From Azolla caroliniana (taxonomy: Eukaryota > Plantae > Polypodiophyta), in NCBI GenBank assembly GCA_043228905.1, contig JBHGNT010000021.1, positions 1,922,001 to 1,986,000 of the forward strand: a stretch of 64,000 bases of DNA, given 5' to 3'. Positions 39,401 through 52,958 of the stretch are shown one piece after another (within the stretch, counting starts at the first letter, position 1; every line of letters begins with the position of its first letter). The notes under the pieces were generated by a model. That model was not told the DNA's origin. It ran no database searches and was given only the letters and a program-made list of their open reading frames with translations. The position numbers and the translations under genes are program-made.

Positions 39401-39916
39401 CCTAAAATGAATTCCATACTCTAGGGTATCTTGGATGTACTTCAATAGATGAATCGAAGTAGAAGTTCCAAAGAGCTATACTAGTCTTTCTTGCTGGTCA
39501 TAAGTCTAGATATTCCACTATCTAAGATCTAGGAATCATCCAGAACTAGAATGTAAGAAGTAAGAACATACCTCTTCCATGTCAATCCATAGCCGAAGCT
39601 CCACTTCAGCATGGCTGCCCGGCTCATGGTCCTTTGAAAACAATTCACGATGCCGAAGCTTCACATCCACTGCCCTCATTCTGCAGTCTTTTTTATGGAA
39701 TGGGCCCATGTTTTCACAATGGCGAAAATCTCAGTTGAATTCCTTCATCTTCTTTGCTGCATCCAAAGAGGTCAATGCATCGGCCTTAGGCTGTTTGAGA
39801 AAAACCCAACAGCATTTCCACCCTCCATGCTCTACAGCCAAAATCCTCCTTCAACAGAATCACACCTTGATACCATGTACAGAATCTATGAGAACATGCA
39901 CATAACAGAGGTGACT
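36440..39916 (-). pseudogene. Unidentified multi-exon pseudogene fragments
   Basis: Several blocks bounded by polypyrimidine-AG and GT. Examples: 39916-39572 (345 nt, 115 codons, three TGA stops), 38236-38073, 37539-37500, ~37390-37297 and ~36549-36440. Confidence 0.45.
38916..39460 (-). mobile_element. Decayed Copia RNase H and polypurine tract
   Basis: GYCLSLGSEVFSWTSKKQPMVLLSSIEAECKA and TKHIEI*YHYVRE; TAACA|TCCCCC LTR/PPT junction near 38915. Confidence 0.8.
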
Positions 39917-40009
39917 CTGCAGCAAAGAATGTAGAAAGAAATACATCAGAAATAAAAATGTTGTCTCTTTGAGAACAGCAAAACCAAAATAAACACAACT
40001 CACAATAAC

Positions 40010-40430
40010 AATCGGCTCGGCTCGGTTCGGTTCAATTTAGGTTCAAGTTTTCTTAACGGTTCGGTTTCGGTTCTATTTGGTTTGTGGGGTGAGCGGTTCA
40101 GTATGAACTGTTTGAACCATGGTTTAAACGGTTTGATGGTTTAGTGTTGTCAGATTTTTTTAAACAATCTTTTCATTTTTAAGACTAATTTTCACATTTT
40201 AAGAAATATCTTTAAAGTTTTGAAATTTTTAAATTTGAAATAATGAAAATTTTTGAATTTTTGAATTTTTACCTAACTTGAAAACCGAAACTGTGGTTTT
40301 AACGGTTTGGATTTTTTGCAACGGTTCAGTTTAAATGGTTTCTTGGTTCAGTTCAAGTTTTAAATTTTTTAAATGGTTCAATTTTAAACCAGTTTGGTTT
40401 TGACACACTCAAACCAAACCAAACCATTCT
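40010..40430. mobile_element. MITE-like non-autonomous DNA transposon with (C/T)GGTT/AACC subterminal repeats
   Basis: CGGCTCGGCTCGGTTCGGTT at the left end and AAACCAAACCAAACC at the right end (inverted), with an AT-rich core. No clear TSD. Confidence 0.55.
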
Positions 40431-41226
40431 TGATTGTTAATTGATAGAAAAAGTAAATGGAACTAGAATTAAGACATGACTCAAGTATCTCATCTATCTA
40501 TGCATGTAAGATTCTCTGAGTTGGAAGTATATATTGTAAAGATCTTTAGAATAGGTGGATCTAGGATGGCAAGGTCTCTGGAAGCATAGGGGAGCACTTA
40601 TTATGGTGGGTGGATAATGGCCTTTATTTGTCAGATGACAAGGGATGTGAGGTTGTGTGGTCCACAAGGCCGTGGCCTACGTACATGATAAATTGCTATT
40701 GCCCGATATATTGTAATTTGTAACCCCTTTGCCTAATCCTAGATGGAAACCTATGCATGTAGCCCTTTATTGACTTGTAGCATGAGTACTAGGAGGGATG
40801 GGGCTAAAAGATGACCTTGTTTGGTTGTGTTGTTGTCTTCCAACCAACTTCTCCCTTTGTCTCTTGAGTTCTCACAAGAAAATCCCCGATCACTGTTGGT
40901 CCTCATATTCCATTACCTTGCATAGTGGGTCGAAGCTTTGCTTAAAGAGGCTATGGTATCTACCTCTTATTTCATAAAAAACAACTTGATGACAAACATA
41001 GTGTTCTGTAGATTCCACTCACTCGATGACAAAATTGGCAAACTCTTTCTTCTAGGGGCATCTCTTCCAAGTTCCTACCCCAATCTCTAATCGATGTAAA
41101 TAAGATCGTGACCACCCTATCACACTAGGTAGCACATAGGATATATCATGTATGTCCATATAAGACGGCCTAATGATGAATCCATCGCCCGATGTATGTA
41201 AACAGTGTCTTGTAGTAGACCATATT

Positions 41227-41681
41227 TGTTAGAGATTGTTCCTAATGTAAGCATGAAATAAGGAATAAATGGTAGGTAGTTGAGAGAAAGAGACAGAAAG
41301 AAGGGTGTCGATCCACCCGACCACCCCCGAGTGAAGGGATCAAGACGGACTCGAGCCTTGATCGGTGTCCCATACGACGGCCATGGCATCAAGTCGTACC
41401 TAGTACTAGCACACTCGCTACAAGAGTTTGTTCACCACAAGATCACAGTTTCGACATAGTCAAATGATGTGACTAATGAGGGTAGCTAGGCCTCATATTT
41501 ATAACCAAACCTAAGGCCCTCATGCAAGTTCACACTTGGCCCTTATGGGTTGTCTCAATTCCTAGGATTAAAAGTAATCCTCCCTTCTTTACTCTCTCGA
41601 GTAACCCTCACACTTTATCCTCATGTGTAGAATACTACGGTAGAACTTACCACCGGATAAATTATGGTTATGCCCATAACA
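41227..41681. mobile_element. Solo LTR (455 bp)
   Basis: TGTTA...TAACA termini with a perfect TSD ATATT (41222-41226, 41682-41686). Confidence 0.88.
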
Positions 41682-42154
41682 ATATTCCTAACAAGATATG
41701 TTGTGGTTGATCAATCTTATTTTGTATTCCAGCTTGGTAATATAATTTTAGATCACAATCTCTCTTCTTTTCCACTTTGGTCAAGATAGACAAATAAGGA
41801 GAATATTTTATTATATAGTCAGATTACACAAATAATGGTGTATTACTCTTTTCCACTTCTTCATTTTTGCTCTTTTGGGGTTTCATTTATTGTTACAAAG
41901 AGATTTGTACCTTTTAGGTACACCATATTATTATCCAAAATGATAACTCTTTTTGCATCATCTAAGATTGTGCAAGCAATGGTTGGCCATCATCCTCCCT
42001 TTGGCATATTCCAACCAATTGATCAATGTGTTCCATATACAATAACATCACACATTGTCAGACTCATCCCTCTAATAACAACATTTTGCTTTCATTTCTC
42101 TCTTTTGTATAGTTTTTTTATCAGTGGTAACCTCATTGATATTTTCTTTTGGTT

Positions 42155-43333
42155 TCTTCTTCTTTTTTTCTTTTTTCTTTTCCAAAATGAAGCTACTTTC
42201 CCATTAGTTAGGTAAGATTATTACAAAGAGACTGTACAAGGAGGCTTAAACATAGATCGGGGAATCCCCCTCCGCTCAAGTCCTAGAAATTGAGACTAGT
42301 TACATCGCCTTTCAGACGGACTACTTAGTGTAAGTACCAACAGCTAAAACAATGCCCTGTACCGATGACTAGTATGAGACAACTCTTGGGGCCGACAGTA
42401 GAGGGAGGGTGGTAAGTGAGCCGGAAACAGCCAGTGTGGAGGCTGATAGTTCCACCTCGGGCCACTTCCTCCTGGTGTCACCATAGGCGTGTTCCGCCAT
42501 TTCTGCCAAAAACGCAAACGGGCAGTATCCACGTCAAAGGAGTGGCTGCAAACCTCGTCCAATTGCCCTCGTAGGCAGCTAATAAGCGCAAACCATATGT
42601 CCATGATCACTTCCTCCGGGGGTCGCACCAGATCCTGGAAGACCTTTAGGCAACGCGCTTTCCATACGTACCACAGGGTGAAGCCTGCAATCAGCATCCA
42701 AATGTCCGAGAACCTAGGGGATGCAGACTGCAAACCTCTCTCAAATCGAATCTTGGAGATTTTTCCTTGCATGCATACATAGCACCAACTATCCGCATTG
42801 AAGGCGTCCGTTCACCTATCACCAGAATGATCAAGCCATGCCGCAGCACTCCACGTCGTTGTTCCTTCCACTTCACATGCCGCAAGGAGGCGAGTCACCC
42901 TATCCCATACCTTTTGAGCGTGAGGGCAATCCCATAGACAATGCCTCAGAGTCTCAATAGGTGAATGGCAAAGTGGGCAGCCTAACGGGCCGCCACGTTT
43001 ACCTAGCCATTCACCAATTGGAACCACATTATGCCTGATTTGCCACCAAAAAAACTTTATCTTTTCCGGCAAGTGGAGACGCTAGAGACCCTTCCAGAAG
43101 GTAATGAGCACCTCATTCGGGATGCCCAATGTACACCAACCATTGCGTAGGGGGTTGTGTAGCTGTAGTTGAAAGGCCCGACCTAGTTTAGTGTTGTACT
43201 CGAAGAAATGGTGAAATCTGCCATCATGTTTCCACCTGAAATCCCCTGGGTCCCATTCTAGTTCAACGAGGGGACGACAATCATACACCCATAACTTCCA
43301 ATGGGGTTCCACCTTAGTTCTTAATGAGGACAT
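42155..43333 (-). mobile_element. 5'-truncated L1/Tx1-like LINE (zf-RVT region + C-terminus)
   Basis: KIKFFWWQIRHNVVP...CPLCHSPIETLRHCLWDC (zf-RVT), LWYVWKARC, PRWNYQPPHWLFP, and an A-rich tail at ~42155-42182. Confidence 0.88.
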
Positions 43334-44361
43334 CTCTCTACTTTGTCATAATCGCATCTTCTTTCACCACATTGCCATCTTGTATTCCAACATTTGCTTT
43401 AGCCTTTGATTATTGATTCTTTCTCTGTTTCTAAGATTGTAAATTTGGTCTCTACTTCAGGCATATGAGTTTCTTGGATTCGCAATGTTATTTTCTTCAT
43501 AGAAGCAAGTAACTCGTCTTTGTTTGGGAATCCACAGTATGCTGAAGTATCAATTCCCTATTATTATAACTTATAAGCATATACTTTATTTTGTATGTAG
43601 TTTTATCATTGTTTCTCATAAAGACATACAAATTGTTACAATTATTTCAATAGAGAGGAAACCTGAGCTTCTGTGGGACTTTTTGTTACATAATCAACAA
43701 CGTTTGAGGGGTCCGATAAGGGGAAATCATTGGGTCTTATTTCAACTGAATTCATGACATATTGGTTTTACTTATCTTCGTTATTCAAGTGTTGCTCTTC
43801 ATGAAATAGGTGAGCATAGTTTCCTATTTCGGGTATTTGAGACAAGGATTTGGATATAGTTGTTTCATGGGGTGGTAGTACTATGGTCAGTATTCATTTT
43901 ATTTGGAGGTAATTAGCCACTCCTAGAATCGTAATCAAGTATAAACATCGTTATTTTAGATGATAAAGTCCAATTTTTTATTTTTTGGAGACATTTGCAT
44001 CTCTTCCTCTTCAAATAATGTTTGAGGGCCCCGTTCGTGTCATTCTAAGTTTTGAGCCATACGTTGGACTTTCATGACCATAGAAACACCTATTTTGGAT
44101 GCCACAACAAATTCAATTTTACAATTGCCTTCCCTTCCTTTTTTGGACAATTATTGATTAAGTGGTAACTTTGACAGCCAAGGCGTTTAGCCCCTTTTTC
44201 ACACATATGTAAGTCATATAAGTATTCCTATAAATTGTCGTGAAGATACTCGCATACATACATGTAGAATGTGAGCAGAACCTCCAAGGACTTGAACCAA
44301 AGAGGATGTAGTGGACTCAAGTTGTTGACTCTAAGTGCTTGTAGATGCTAATTCCTACACA

Positions 44362-44625
44362 TGGTTTCTATTAGGGAAGTAAGAATCTTTCAATATACTT
44401 CTGTGAGTGTGATCTTTTGTGTAAGTAAATGCATGACTATGCATTATTGTGTTTATTTTTTATAGGAATATATCTGTAAATAATATATATATACACTTGG
44501 TTTCTATTAGGGAAGTAAGAGTCTTTCAATATTCTTGTGTGAGTGTGACCTTTTGTGTAAGTGAATGCACAACTATGCATATATGTGTTTATTTTTTATA
44601 GGGATATATCTGTAAATAATATATG
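44362..44625. repeat. Tandem duplication of ~135 bp
   Basis: TGGTTTCTATTAGGGAAGTAAGA...TATCTGTAAATAATATAT occurs twice in a row. Confidence 0.9.
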
Positions 44626-44679
44626 TGTGGCAACATGGGAGAATTGGTAGTACATACTAAAATGAAATTAGATTTTGAG

Positions 44680-45160
44680 ATGGATGGAGGAGTTGTGGGA
44701 TAGATTGGCTCCAATAGTTCACAATCTCTACGGAAAGCATAGTGTGTGTAGATGCTTCAGGGTCAAATAATGTTAGTCCAAGAAACCATTACTTCCATTT
44801 CGTCTGAATTGATGAGTTCATTAAAAGCTTAAAATGATAATATTCCTACATATACGGATTATGGATTGCTACTAAAAATAACTTTTCGGAAGCTTTGGAG
44901 CTGCATTTCTATCTTTCAATTGATAGATTGCAAGATAATATGGATGTTTTCTCCCCGTTTAGTTGGTTGTTTTCCTCTACTTTGGATGTATATAGATTCA
45001 TTTCCTTAACTCGGTTAAACGAAGGATCCATGGCTAGCCATTGTCTTACACAAGATAGGCTTGTGAAGGATAGTTGTTTCCTTTCCATCTATTTTGTATG
45101 TTGTAGCTAATATGCTTTTTTAAAACTAATGGAAGAATATTTTGTTTTGAAATAATAATA
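44680..45160 (+). mobile_element. Decayed LINE 3' end
   Basis: FRKLWSC...IWMFSP..WLF-like motif, and the shared ACTAATGGAAG...TTTTG motif before an A-rich tail. Confidence 0.5.
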
Positions 45161-48100
45161 ATTATTATATATGTGATTGTATGTATATGTTTTTCATGTG
45201 TGTGTGTGTTGGGTAAATGCGTGATACTTGGTGTATGGAATTTATGCATGTGCATATGTGTGAAAGTAGGATGGTTTGTGTTAAGCGGGAATAAAGTAAT
45301 TGCAAGTACATATGTGTGTATGTTTCAGATAATAGATCAATTGTGTGTAATTAGGTGCAAACAAATGTATGCTTACGTGTTACTAATAACTATATAGGTT
45401 TTGATGTATGTGTTTTATGTGAGGGAAATGTGTACGCTATAGAGATTTAATACATTGGTCGGTAGGAGTGTATTTGTGCAAATCATGTTGCCTATCCCTT
45501 GGGCCATGGTAGAGGTTGTTTTTTTCTTTTGAAGTTTAAATGAAAGGGGGGGGGGGGGGGGGGGAATGAAAAGGTGAGTGTCAATGTGGCAAGGTAATGT
45601 CACCCGCACACTAACAAGATGTGTCGGCAACAATAGCTAACAATGGAGATGGATGGCAATAATTGAGGTCGTGGCACATGCAAGTGATGATGGCGCCGTG
45701 GGAATGGCAATGGCAATGGCTGACGAGAGATGATGGCCAACAACAACAACGGTTGATGGCGGTAGTGACAACTAATAGAATCGAAAGCTATCTTCAATTG
45801 AGATATGATGTCCTATTGATGTTTGCTCGACCTCTCATAGTTCAAATAGGACTCAAACCCTTGACCTTTATTCATAGTATATAAGCTCTTGATGATCAAC
45901 CTATGTCTTTTTGTTGTCTTTGAATTCATCTTGTTTCATGTCTTTCTTGTCGTATCTTTGCCTTATCCTTCAACAATTTTATATATCTTTCGTCTAACTC
46001 ATTTCCCCATGTGTGCTCCCCAAATCACAACATGCATTATTCAAATGAAGCACTATAATCGATAATTATGAGGGTCCTTATTGCTAATTCGAGCCATACC
46101 CATATTCCTTGGTTCAACTCCATTTTAGACACATGTGTTGTAAGATCGCAACAATGTAGCACTTACATGTTCTCCTCGAGGGTTCCGCTCAAATTTCAAA
46201 TGTGCACACGTTAACTTCGTAACATTGTAGCAATTAAAGGCTCTACACTTGCCTTTGATGCATGACATGTCAAGGAAATGTGCTTACTTAGACAATTACT
46301 TATGGAGGTGCATAACCATTGCCTAATTTCTTCACGAACTGTTTTTGGCTAAAAAATAAGGGTTGTCTAACGTAGACAATTGGTAATTGAAGTGAATAAC
46401 CATCACCTAATTTCTTGCCTCTTTCCCCAACCCATGTTATTTTGAATCCTATATATACCTTCCCCAAACATTAGAGGATTAGAAAGAGTTTGAGAGAAAA
46501 TCTTGTGAGGGTTGTGAGGTGTAACAGTAAACACTTAGTATAATTTTCCCTTTAGTAAAAAGATCTACAACAAGTCCGGAGACTAGGCACAATTGGCCCA
46601 ACTCAAATATCAAAGTTGTGTTCTGTATTTCAACTATTATTTTGTGCTCTCACTAATTTGGTTTGTAAGGAAATTTATTTAATTTCCTCCACGTGATCAC
46701 CACTTGTCTAGTATGCATGATGCTATTGTAAGTAGAGATGCCATAAATAGAGAAGTCACAACGTTAAACCATTCTAATTCAATGCAAATCTCTAGCTAAA
46801 CTCTGATATATTCTTGTTCTCATCCTCGTATATAAATATGCTTGTCAAGACTCAAAAAAGGATAATCTATTGCATTTGTACAATGATTGACTTGGAAATG
46901 CATATAGCTTCACATACCTTAACCTTGAGGTTCCATGGATTCATAGGTGGAATAATTGTCTTACTCATTGCTTGGAAATGGAAATGAGGCTTATTATGCA
47001 TTTGAAAACATGTCCAATCAAGGAGAAATTGAATGTTGAGTTTTCTAGAAATACGTCTTTGACATTTTGGTCGCACCAATGGTTCTTTGTGGGGTTGATT
47101 TATGGGATGATGGAAACCTTAGAAGATTTGAAACTATCCAAAGGAGTTTTCTTGAAGCTTTGGAATGTCACTATTCAAATGGAATAAGTACTCCTAGTTC
47201 ATGAGCCTCTTTGATTTTATGTCCTATTGAGCATGGCCTTGCATATGCTTGAGATTTTTGTAGTTATATGAACTATAAAAAGCATAATGCATATGGGGCA
47301 AAGCCTCACATTATACATGCAAGTCTCAAAGAAGAGGTTGGACATGAACACTTATTTCTGGCCTAAAATGATCCTTGGAAGCCAATAAAGCGTCCACATT
47401 ATGTTAGATATGTGCCCAAGTTCTCATAAGAGATGTCTACGTTTGAATACGATATAAACATACACATTCATCATGAACATAGTTTTGTGTTAGGGCATTT
47501 GACTATTGAGATTGGATTTTATTTTAAAGTGAGTTTCATTGTTGGAATCCTTAAAACAATATAATGAATAGTATGGATGTTTGTGATTCAAAGCAAGTAT
47601 TGCTTTAACTTTAAGACATCGTTGCAAAATATAAAATGATACGATATGAAATGTACACGTCGTTATCTTTTTGAAATATGGTGCAAATGGGGAATCAAGT
47701 ATCAATGTGTTGTTTATATGATGAAATGTGGCCCCCCCTTTGGTATGTTAACATAGTCATTTTGCATAAAACCTACCCAGCCTAGGCCCAACCTCAAAAT
47801 TAATGCATAAAAATATAGTTTTTTGTTTATGTATATTAAATGTTCAAAGGACGTTTAGAACTCTATGCCTAGCTCATCTTTTGGTGTCAAAGCTACTTTT
47901 CAAGACATCAAACTCAATCTTTCAAGTAAGTTCATCTATTGCACTCAAACATTTTAAAAAAAAAGATGATAACTAGATTTTGTTTCCTTATGTCATTCAA
48001 TCCATAGTTATGTTTAGGTACCCTTCATAAGCTAACATTTCATAGGGCAATAGGTTGAAATTTCATGACATAAACCACTATCTCTCGATGTGCCCAAATG

Positions 48101-49974
48101 CCTAACTAATATTGCCCCAATAAAATTTTACCAGAGAGTATAATCATTCAATCTATTGTTATTATTCAGTCTAGGTAACCTTGATAAAAGAGACCTTGTA
48201 TAAATGAAGTTTCGATGTGGATGGAGGAGCAAAGGCAATCTGTCTCGTTGTTGTGTTGTTGATTGTATATGCTAAATGGCTAATAAAAGGAGTATTGTGC
48301 AACTTAAGAATGTTAATGTAAAATATACGATCCTCAATTTGCAGTTCGCAAAGGAATTGCACTATCCTTGGGAAGCATGCAACAATTGTAAAGAAACTCT
48401 TAACTTTTAATGCTATATGAAAGGTTTCTCGTAAATCATGCCCACAAATATGTAATGTTTGCGAAAATTTTAAATGAATGCAAGATGACCCCTATCTTTG
48501 GGCTAAAAAGTTGTTTTAAAATAGGTGGCTTAGAAAAATAAATGCAATGTATCATAAAGTCCCATTAACGTCCAAGTATATTCAATTGAAAACATTTCAT
48601 ACATCGTATCTTATAGGTTGTACTCTTGTGGTTTGACATAATTATAAAAGCCATTGAGAATCATATTATCACGTGGTTTATATTAGTGAAATTCATCTTC
48701 ATCATTAATGGGGTCAATAATATGCCTATTTTAGAGAAGGTTGAATGTAGATGCACATGCAAATGCAAATAGAAAGCCACATTTCTCTCAATTGTTTAGT
48801 GGCATTTTCTTCTTAAGAAAAAACATTTGTAGACTTTGTTCGTGAGGTGGAATGTGATGTTTAGATATTGTGTGAATCGACTTTATCAAAATCTAGCAAG
48901 TTATTAAATGTTGGTGTAGACATTATCTAATTTGCCCAATCATACTCCATTTATTTTTCAAGATAGGATCCAAGCTCTTAGAAAACTGAAAATCATGATA
49001 TCACACTCTAAAATATCAATTATTTTATCTCGGGAGTCCCTTGAGAACATGCCCTTTGATTAAAGTGGCAGTGGCGACCTTTGATTTTCTTTTGTTGTGT
49101 GGCATCCTCACTCATTATACTAGTGTGGTCAAGTCCTTTAAAATAATTAAGTCTTTTTCTTATCATTGTAAAAGCCAAGTTGTCAAACCAATGTAGTTCA
49201 TCCCCTCACGTGTTGCATACAAAACCGTTCAAGACTTATAGTTGTACGACGAAAGAAATCACGAAAGGAAATTTTATATGCATTCCCAAAATTGGACCTA
49301 CATTCAATTACTCAGTTGCATTATTGTAGTGGGTTGATGTCTCTATCCACAATCATTTTTCCATGATAGACGTTCAGTTTCCATACTTATTGGGCATGGA
49401 TTTGCATCATTAGAATGTCGTATTACACAAGCTACATAATTCTGATTAGTTGTAAAGGTCTTTTCCTCGGTTGCAAGTTGCGTTGTTTTGGAATGGGCCA
49501 TGAGTTATGATGACAATGCAACATTATCTCGGGGGTGACACGATGCTATTCAAAACCTGTTATTTATAGCCAAGAAATTGTCACGTCAAACATCGAAACC
49601 AACGTTTTTAAAATCTTGTGGAGAATCTTCTTCTGGAGGGCCCCAAAGGATTTGTAGGGAGCAAGAGAAGCAATTGCTTTCATGGTTGGTCCCCTTTAAG
49701 GATCCATCCAAAGTAGATAGACTCCTTTTGTCGCAACGATATAAAGTAGAGCTAAATCGATTTATACTTTCGAGAAAAAAAAACACTCGATCCACAAGTC
49801 ACGAAGAGAACATATGTTTGTATCAAAGATCTTGTCATGTTGAGAATCATCCAGATATACTAGTGGTTTTTTTTTTAGATTTCACTCTGCATCTTCAAGT
49901 TGGAGAGAGGGGGGGGTGCATGAGGATTTGATTTATATTCCGCGAGAAAGCATTTGTGGCTAGGGCTCCCCAAC

Positions 49975-50645
49975 AATAGAGCAAAATGGATTGAATGATC
50001 TAGAAGATGTGAAGAAGCAACGAAAAGTTCTTCGGTTCAAAAATAAAGCAAAACCAGATGTTCTAAAAGCTAGAAGCCAGAAACTAGAAAGTTGAAAGGC
50101 AAAGCTAGGTTAATAGAGCAAAATGGATTGAATGATGTGCGAAGATGCGGAAAACAAAGAAAAGTTCTTAGGTTTGGGTAAAAAGCAAAACAAGACTTTC
50201 AAAATGCAAAACCAGATGATGTAAAAGCTAGAACCAAAAAACGAGGTGAAGTTGAAAAGCAAAACCAGGTTTAATAGACCAAAATGGATTAAATGATATG
50301 TAAGATATAAAAAAGCAAAAGAAAAGTTCATAGGTTTGAAAATAAAGCAAAGCCAGCCTTTCAAAAAGCAAAACCAGATATTCTAAAAGCTAGAAGCGCG
50401 CGAAGAAGTTGAAAAGCAAAACCACACCAATGAAAAGCAAAACCACATGATGAAAAGCAAAACCAGATATTCTAAAACCTAGAAGTGCGAACTCTGAAGA
50501 AGTTGAAAAGCAAAACCACACTGATAAAAAGCAAAACCACATGATGAAAAGCAAAACCAGATATTCTAAAATCTAGAAGAACGAACTCGATGAAGTCGAA
50601 AAGCAAAACCACATCAATGAAAAGCAAAACCAGGTTAATAGAAGA
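49975..50645. repeat. Hierarchical tandem array upstream of LUX (135-160-bp units with nested AAAGCAAAACCA cores)
   Basis: AATAGA(G/C)CAAAATGGATT starts at ~49975, 50112 and 50273; about 11 exact AAAGCAAAACCA copies by eye. Confidence 0.85.
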
Positions 50646-51752
50646 TAGGTAAAGAAAATTCAAAAAAGGAACAAATGTAGGATAAGGAGGAGTTAGGGCA
50701 AGAACTTACATGAGGAGAAAAGCAAAAGCAGGTGCAAGGAAAGCAAAAAAGCAGATGTAAGAGGAGCAGAAAAACCACCAGGCTAAGGGTAAGAAATCCA
50801 AAGTCAAATTGTGGTAAAAATGAAGAAGGTAAAAAGAAAAAAAGCACAGAAAAAATGGGGATTTGGAGAGAGGAAGAACAGAGCAGTAAATAATATATTC
50901 CTCACAAGAAAACAAGGAAGAAAAAGTTAAAAAAGAAAAGAAAAGAGAGACAGAGAAAAAAAAACAGAGGACCTGAATTAAAAATGTGATGAATTTCTTT
51001 CTCTGAAGGGAGGAGAGAAGCTTCAAGGGAAAAGGAAAGCAGACAACAGACAACAGAGAGAGCAGGGCACCGAGAAACAGAGCATTGAAGGTGGAGCAAG
51101 ATCCTCTCATCTTCTTTCTCAAAAACAAAAAAGAAAAGAAAGAAAACCACAAAAAAGAAAACAGATCATTGAAGGTGAGTCCATTTCTTTCTTTCTTCCT
51201 CTTTGCCAAAAAAATCTAGTTTTGAGTGATTCTTTCTCTCTCTCTCTCTCTCTCCCACTTCAATTAAGCTCAATAATGGTTAACCCTAGACCTTAGACCT
51301 TATACCCTAAACCATTTGAACCCCTTAATGTTGACCTCTCCGCCCTATGTTTGGAAATCCCTAATCCTATTCCTTCAACCCTAAACCTTAAACCAGTGGT
51401 TAGACTTGGATCAAGTATATTGCAATCCTACCATCATCATCATCATCATGAAATGCACTGGATATGAAGATAACTTTTGGTGGAAATGGAAGGCCTTGAA
51501 AGGCTTACTATAAGCCCCCACAAATCTCCTCACATAAAAGGAAGGCGATAATCAGGGCAACAAAGAAATGCATTCAAAATGCACATAAAATGCTGGCCAT
51601 TCTCATCCCCCCCACTGTTTATTTCCCAAAAGAAAAGATCTGAACACTCAGAGCGTGAGTAAAATGTCCGACAATCAAATCTAGGGGATTTATATCTCCA
51701 CAAGGTGGAGGCAAAAGATCCTGGGGGAAAAACAGGAATTTGAAGCTACATA

Positions 51753-52128
51753 ATGAACAATAGAGAGGAGGATAAGGGCTCAGGTGGCCAAAGACCGCGG
51801 TTACCTGACCCTGATGAGCTTGTACCACTCACACAAGCTCTAATACCACTCGGTCTTGCATCAGCCTTCAAGATTGTTACGGACATGAAACCGGGAAATA
51901 GAAATGGTTCGAAGGTCAATGGAAATGGTTTGAGCAATAGCAACAGTATGGATTTTCCTCTAGGCCAAGCTCAGTGCCAGAGAGCTCTTGGTGGAGTCCT
52001 AGATATGAATTCATACAATAACGTTGACATTTCGCCTCAGAGCCAGATCCTGAGAACTCAGAGAGCTTTGGAGGGGAATCCAAACTTTAAACCAGAAAAT
52101 GGTTCGAGTAACAGCATCGATATTTCTC

Positions 52129-52159
<31 letters not shown>

Positions 52160-52958
52160 AGGTCTAAGCTTCTTGCCCAGTGTTGGGACCAATCATCACC
52201 TAAAGATTGCACCTATGCTTCCACTATATGAAGAAGACAATACCCATACCCTTGCATCAAATCGAAAGCCCGAGCACAATGGTTACATGGTCGGGGGGGT
52301 CACAGACATCACTTCCGAAAATGGATTGAGCAACAATCCCTTAAAAGCGACATTTGAGGATGGAGATTCATGTGGGGTTCACTACGAAAATCCCAACGAA
52401 GATCCTGATCCCGATCCTTCTGGTGCTGCAGCCCGAACCCTGAAACGCCCGCGTCTAGTGTGGACTCCTCAACTCCATAAGAGATTTGTTGATGCCGTTG
52501 CTCATCTCGGCATTAAAGGAGCCGTACCAAAGACGATCATGCAACTCATGAATGTGGAGGGGCTTACGAGGGAAAATGTGGCGAGCCATCTCCAAAAGTA
52601 TCGATTATACCTAAAGCGAATGCAAGGCCTGCCGAGCGATATAATTGGGTCATCGTCAGTTTCAGACCAGTTGTTTGCATCTACGCCAGTGCCGCCTGGC
52701 CTTGTGGGTTCGACACATTTCCTTTCAAACAATGGAGATGATGTAATGATGCCTCTTGTCATGCCCATGCCTATGTCTATTCCTATGCCAATGGCCATGG
52801 GTGGTATGTATGACCATAATATGTACACCTCGACCAATGGTGTTATTCGACCTTCGTCTTCGCAAAAGATCTTCTCTGGTGATAAGCCTTATTTGATGGA
52901 TGGCCATGGACACTCTCCATCACCTCAAAAACAAGTCCTCACTCTCTTTCCCAACTAG
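51753..52958 (+). CDS. LUX: LUX ARRHYTHMO/PCL1/BOA-family GARP (Myb-like) transcription factor, intronless, 401 aa
   Basis: [67 protein letters not shown]; N-terminal LP.P.EL.PL.Q.LI...LA.AF motif; [10 protein letters not shown]; C-terminal VLTLFP; uninterrupted ORF. Confidence 0.95.

Noticed and set aside
46140-46720. Possible decayed solo LTR (TATA plus U5-like TCCGGAGACTAGGCAC)
   Set aside because: Termini and TSD could not be defined.
50110-51209. Hydrophobic Phe/Leu-rich minus-strand ORFs resembling membrane proteins
   Set aside because: They are artefacts of the A-rich repeat and promoter sequence.
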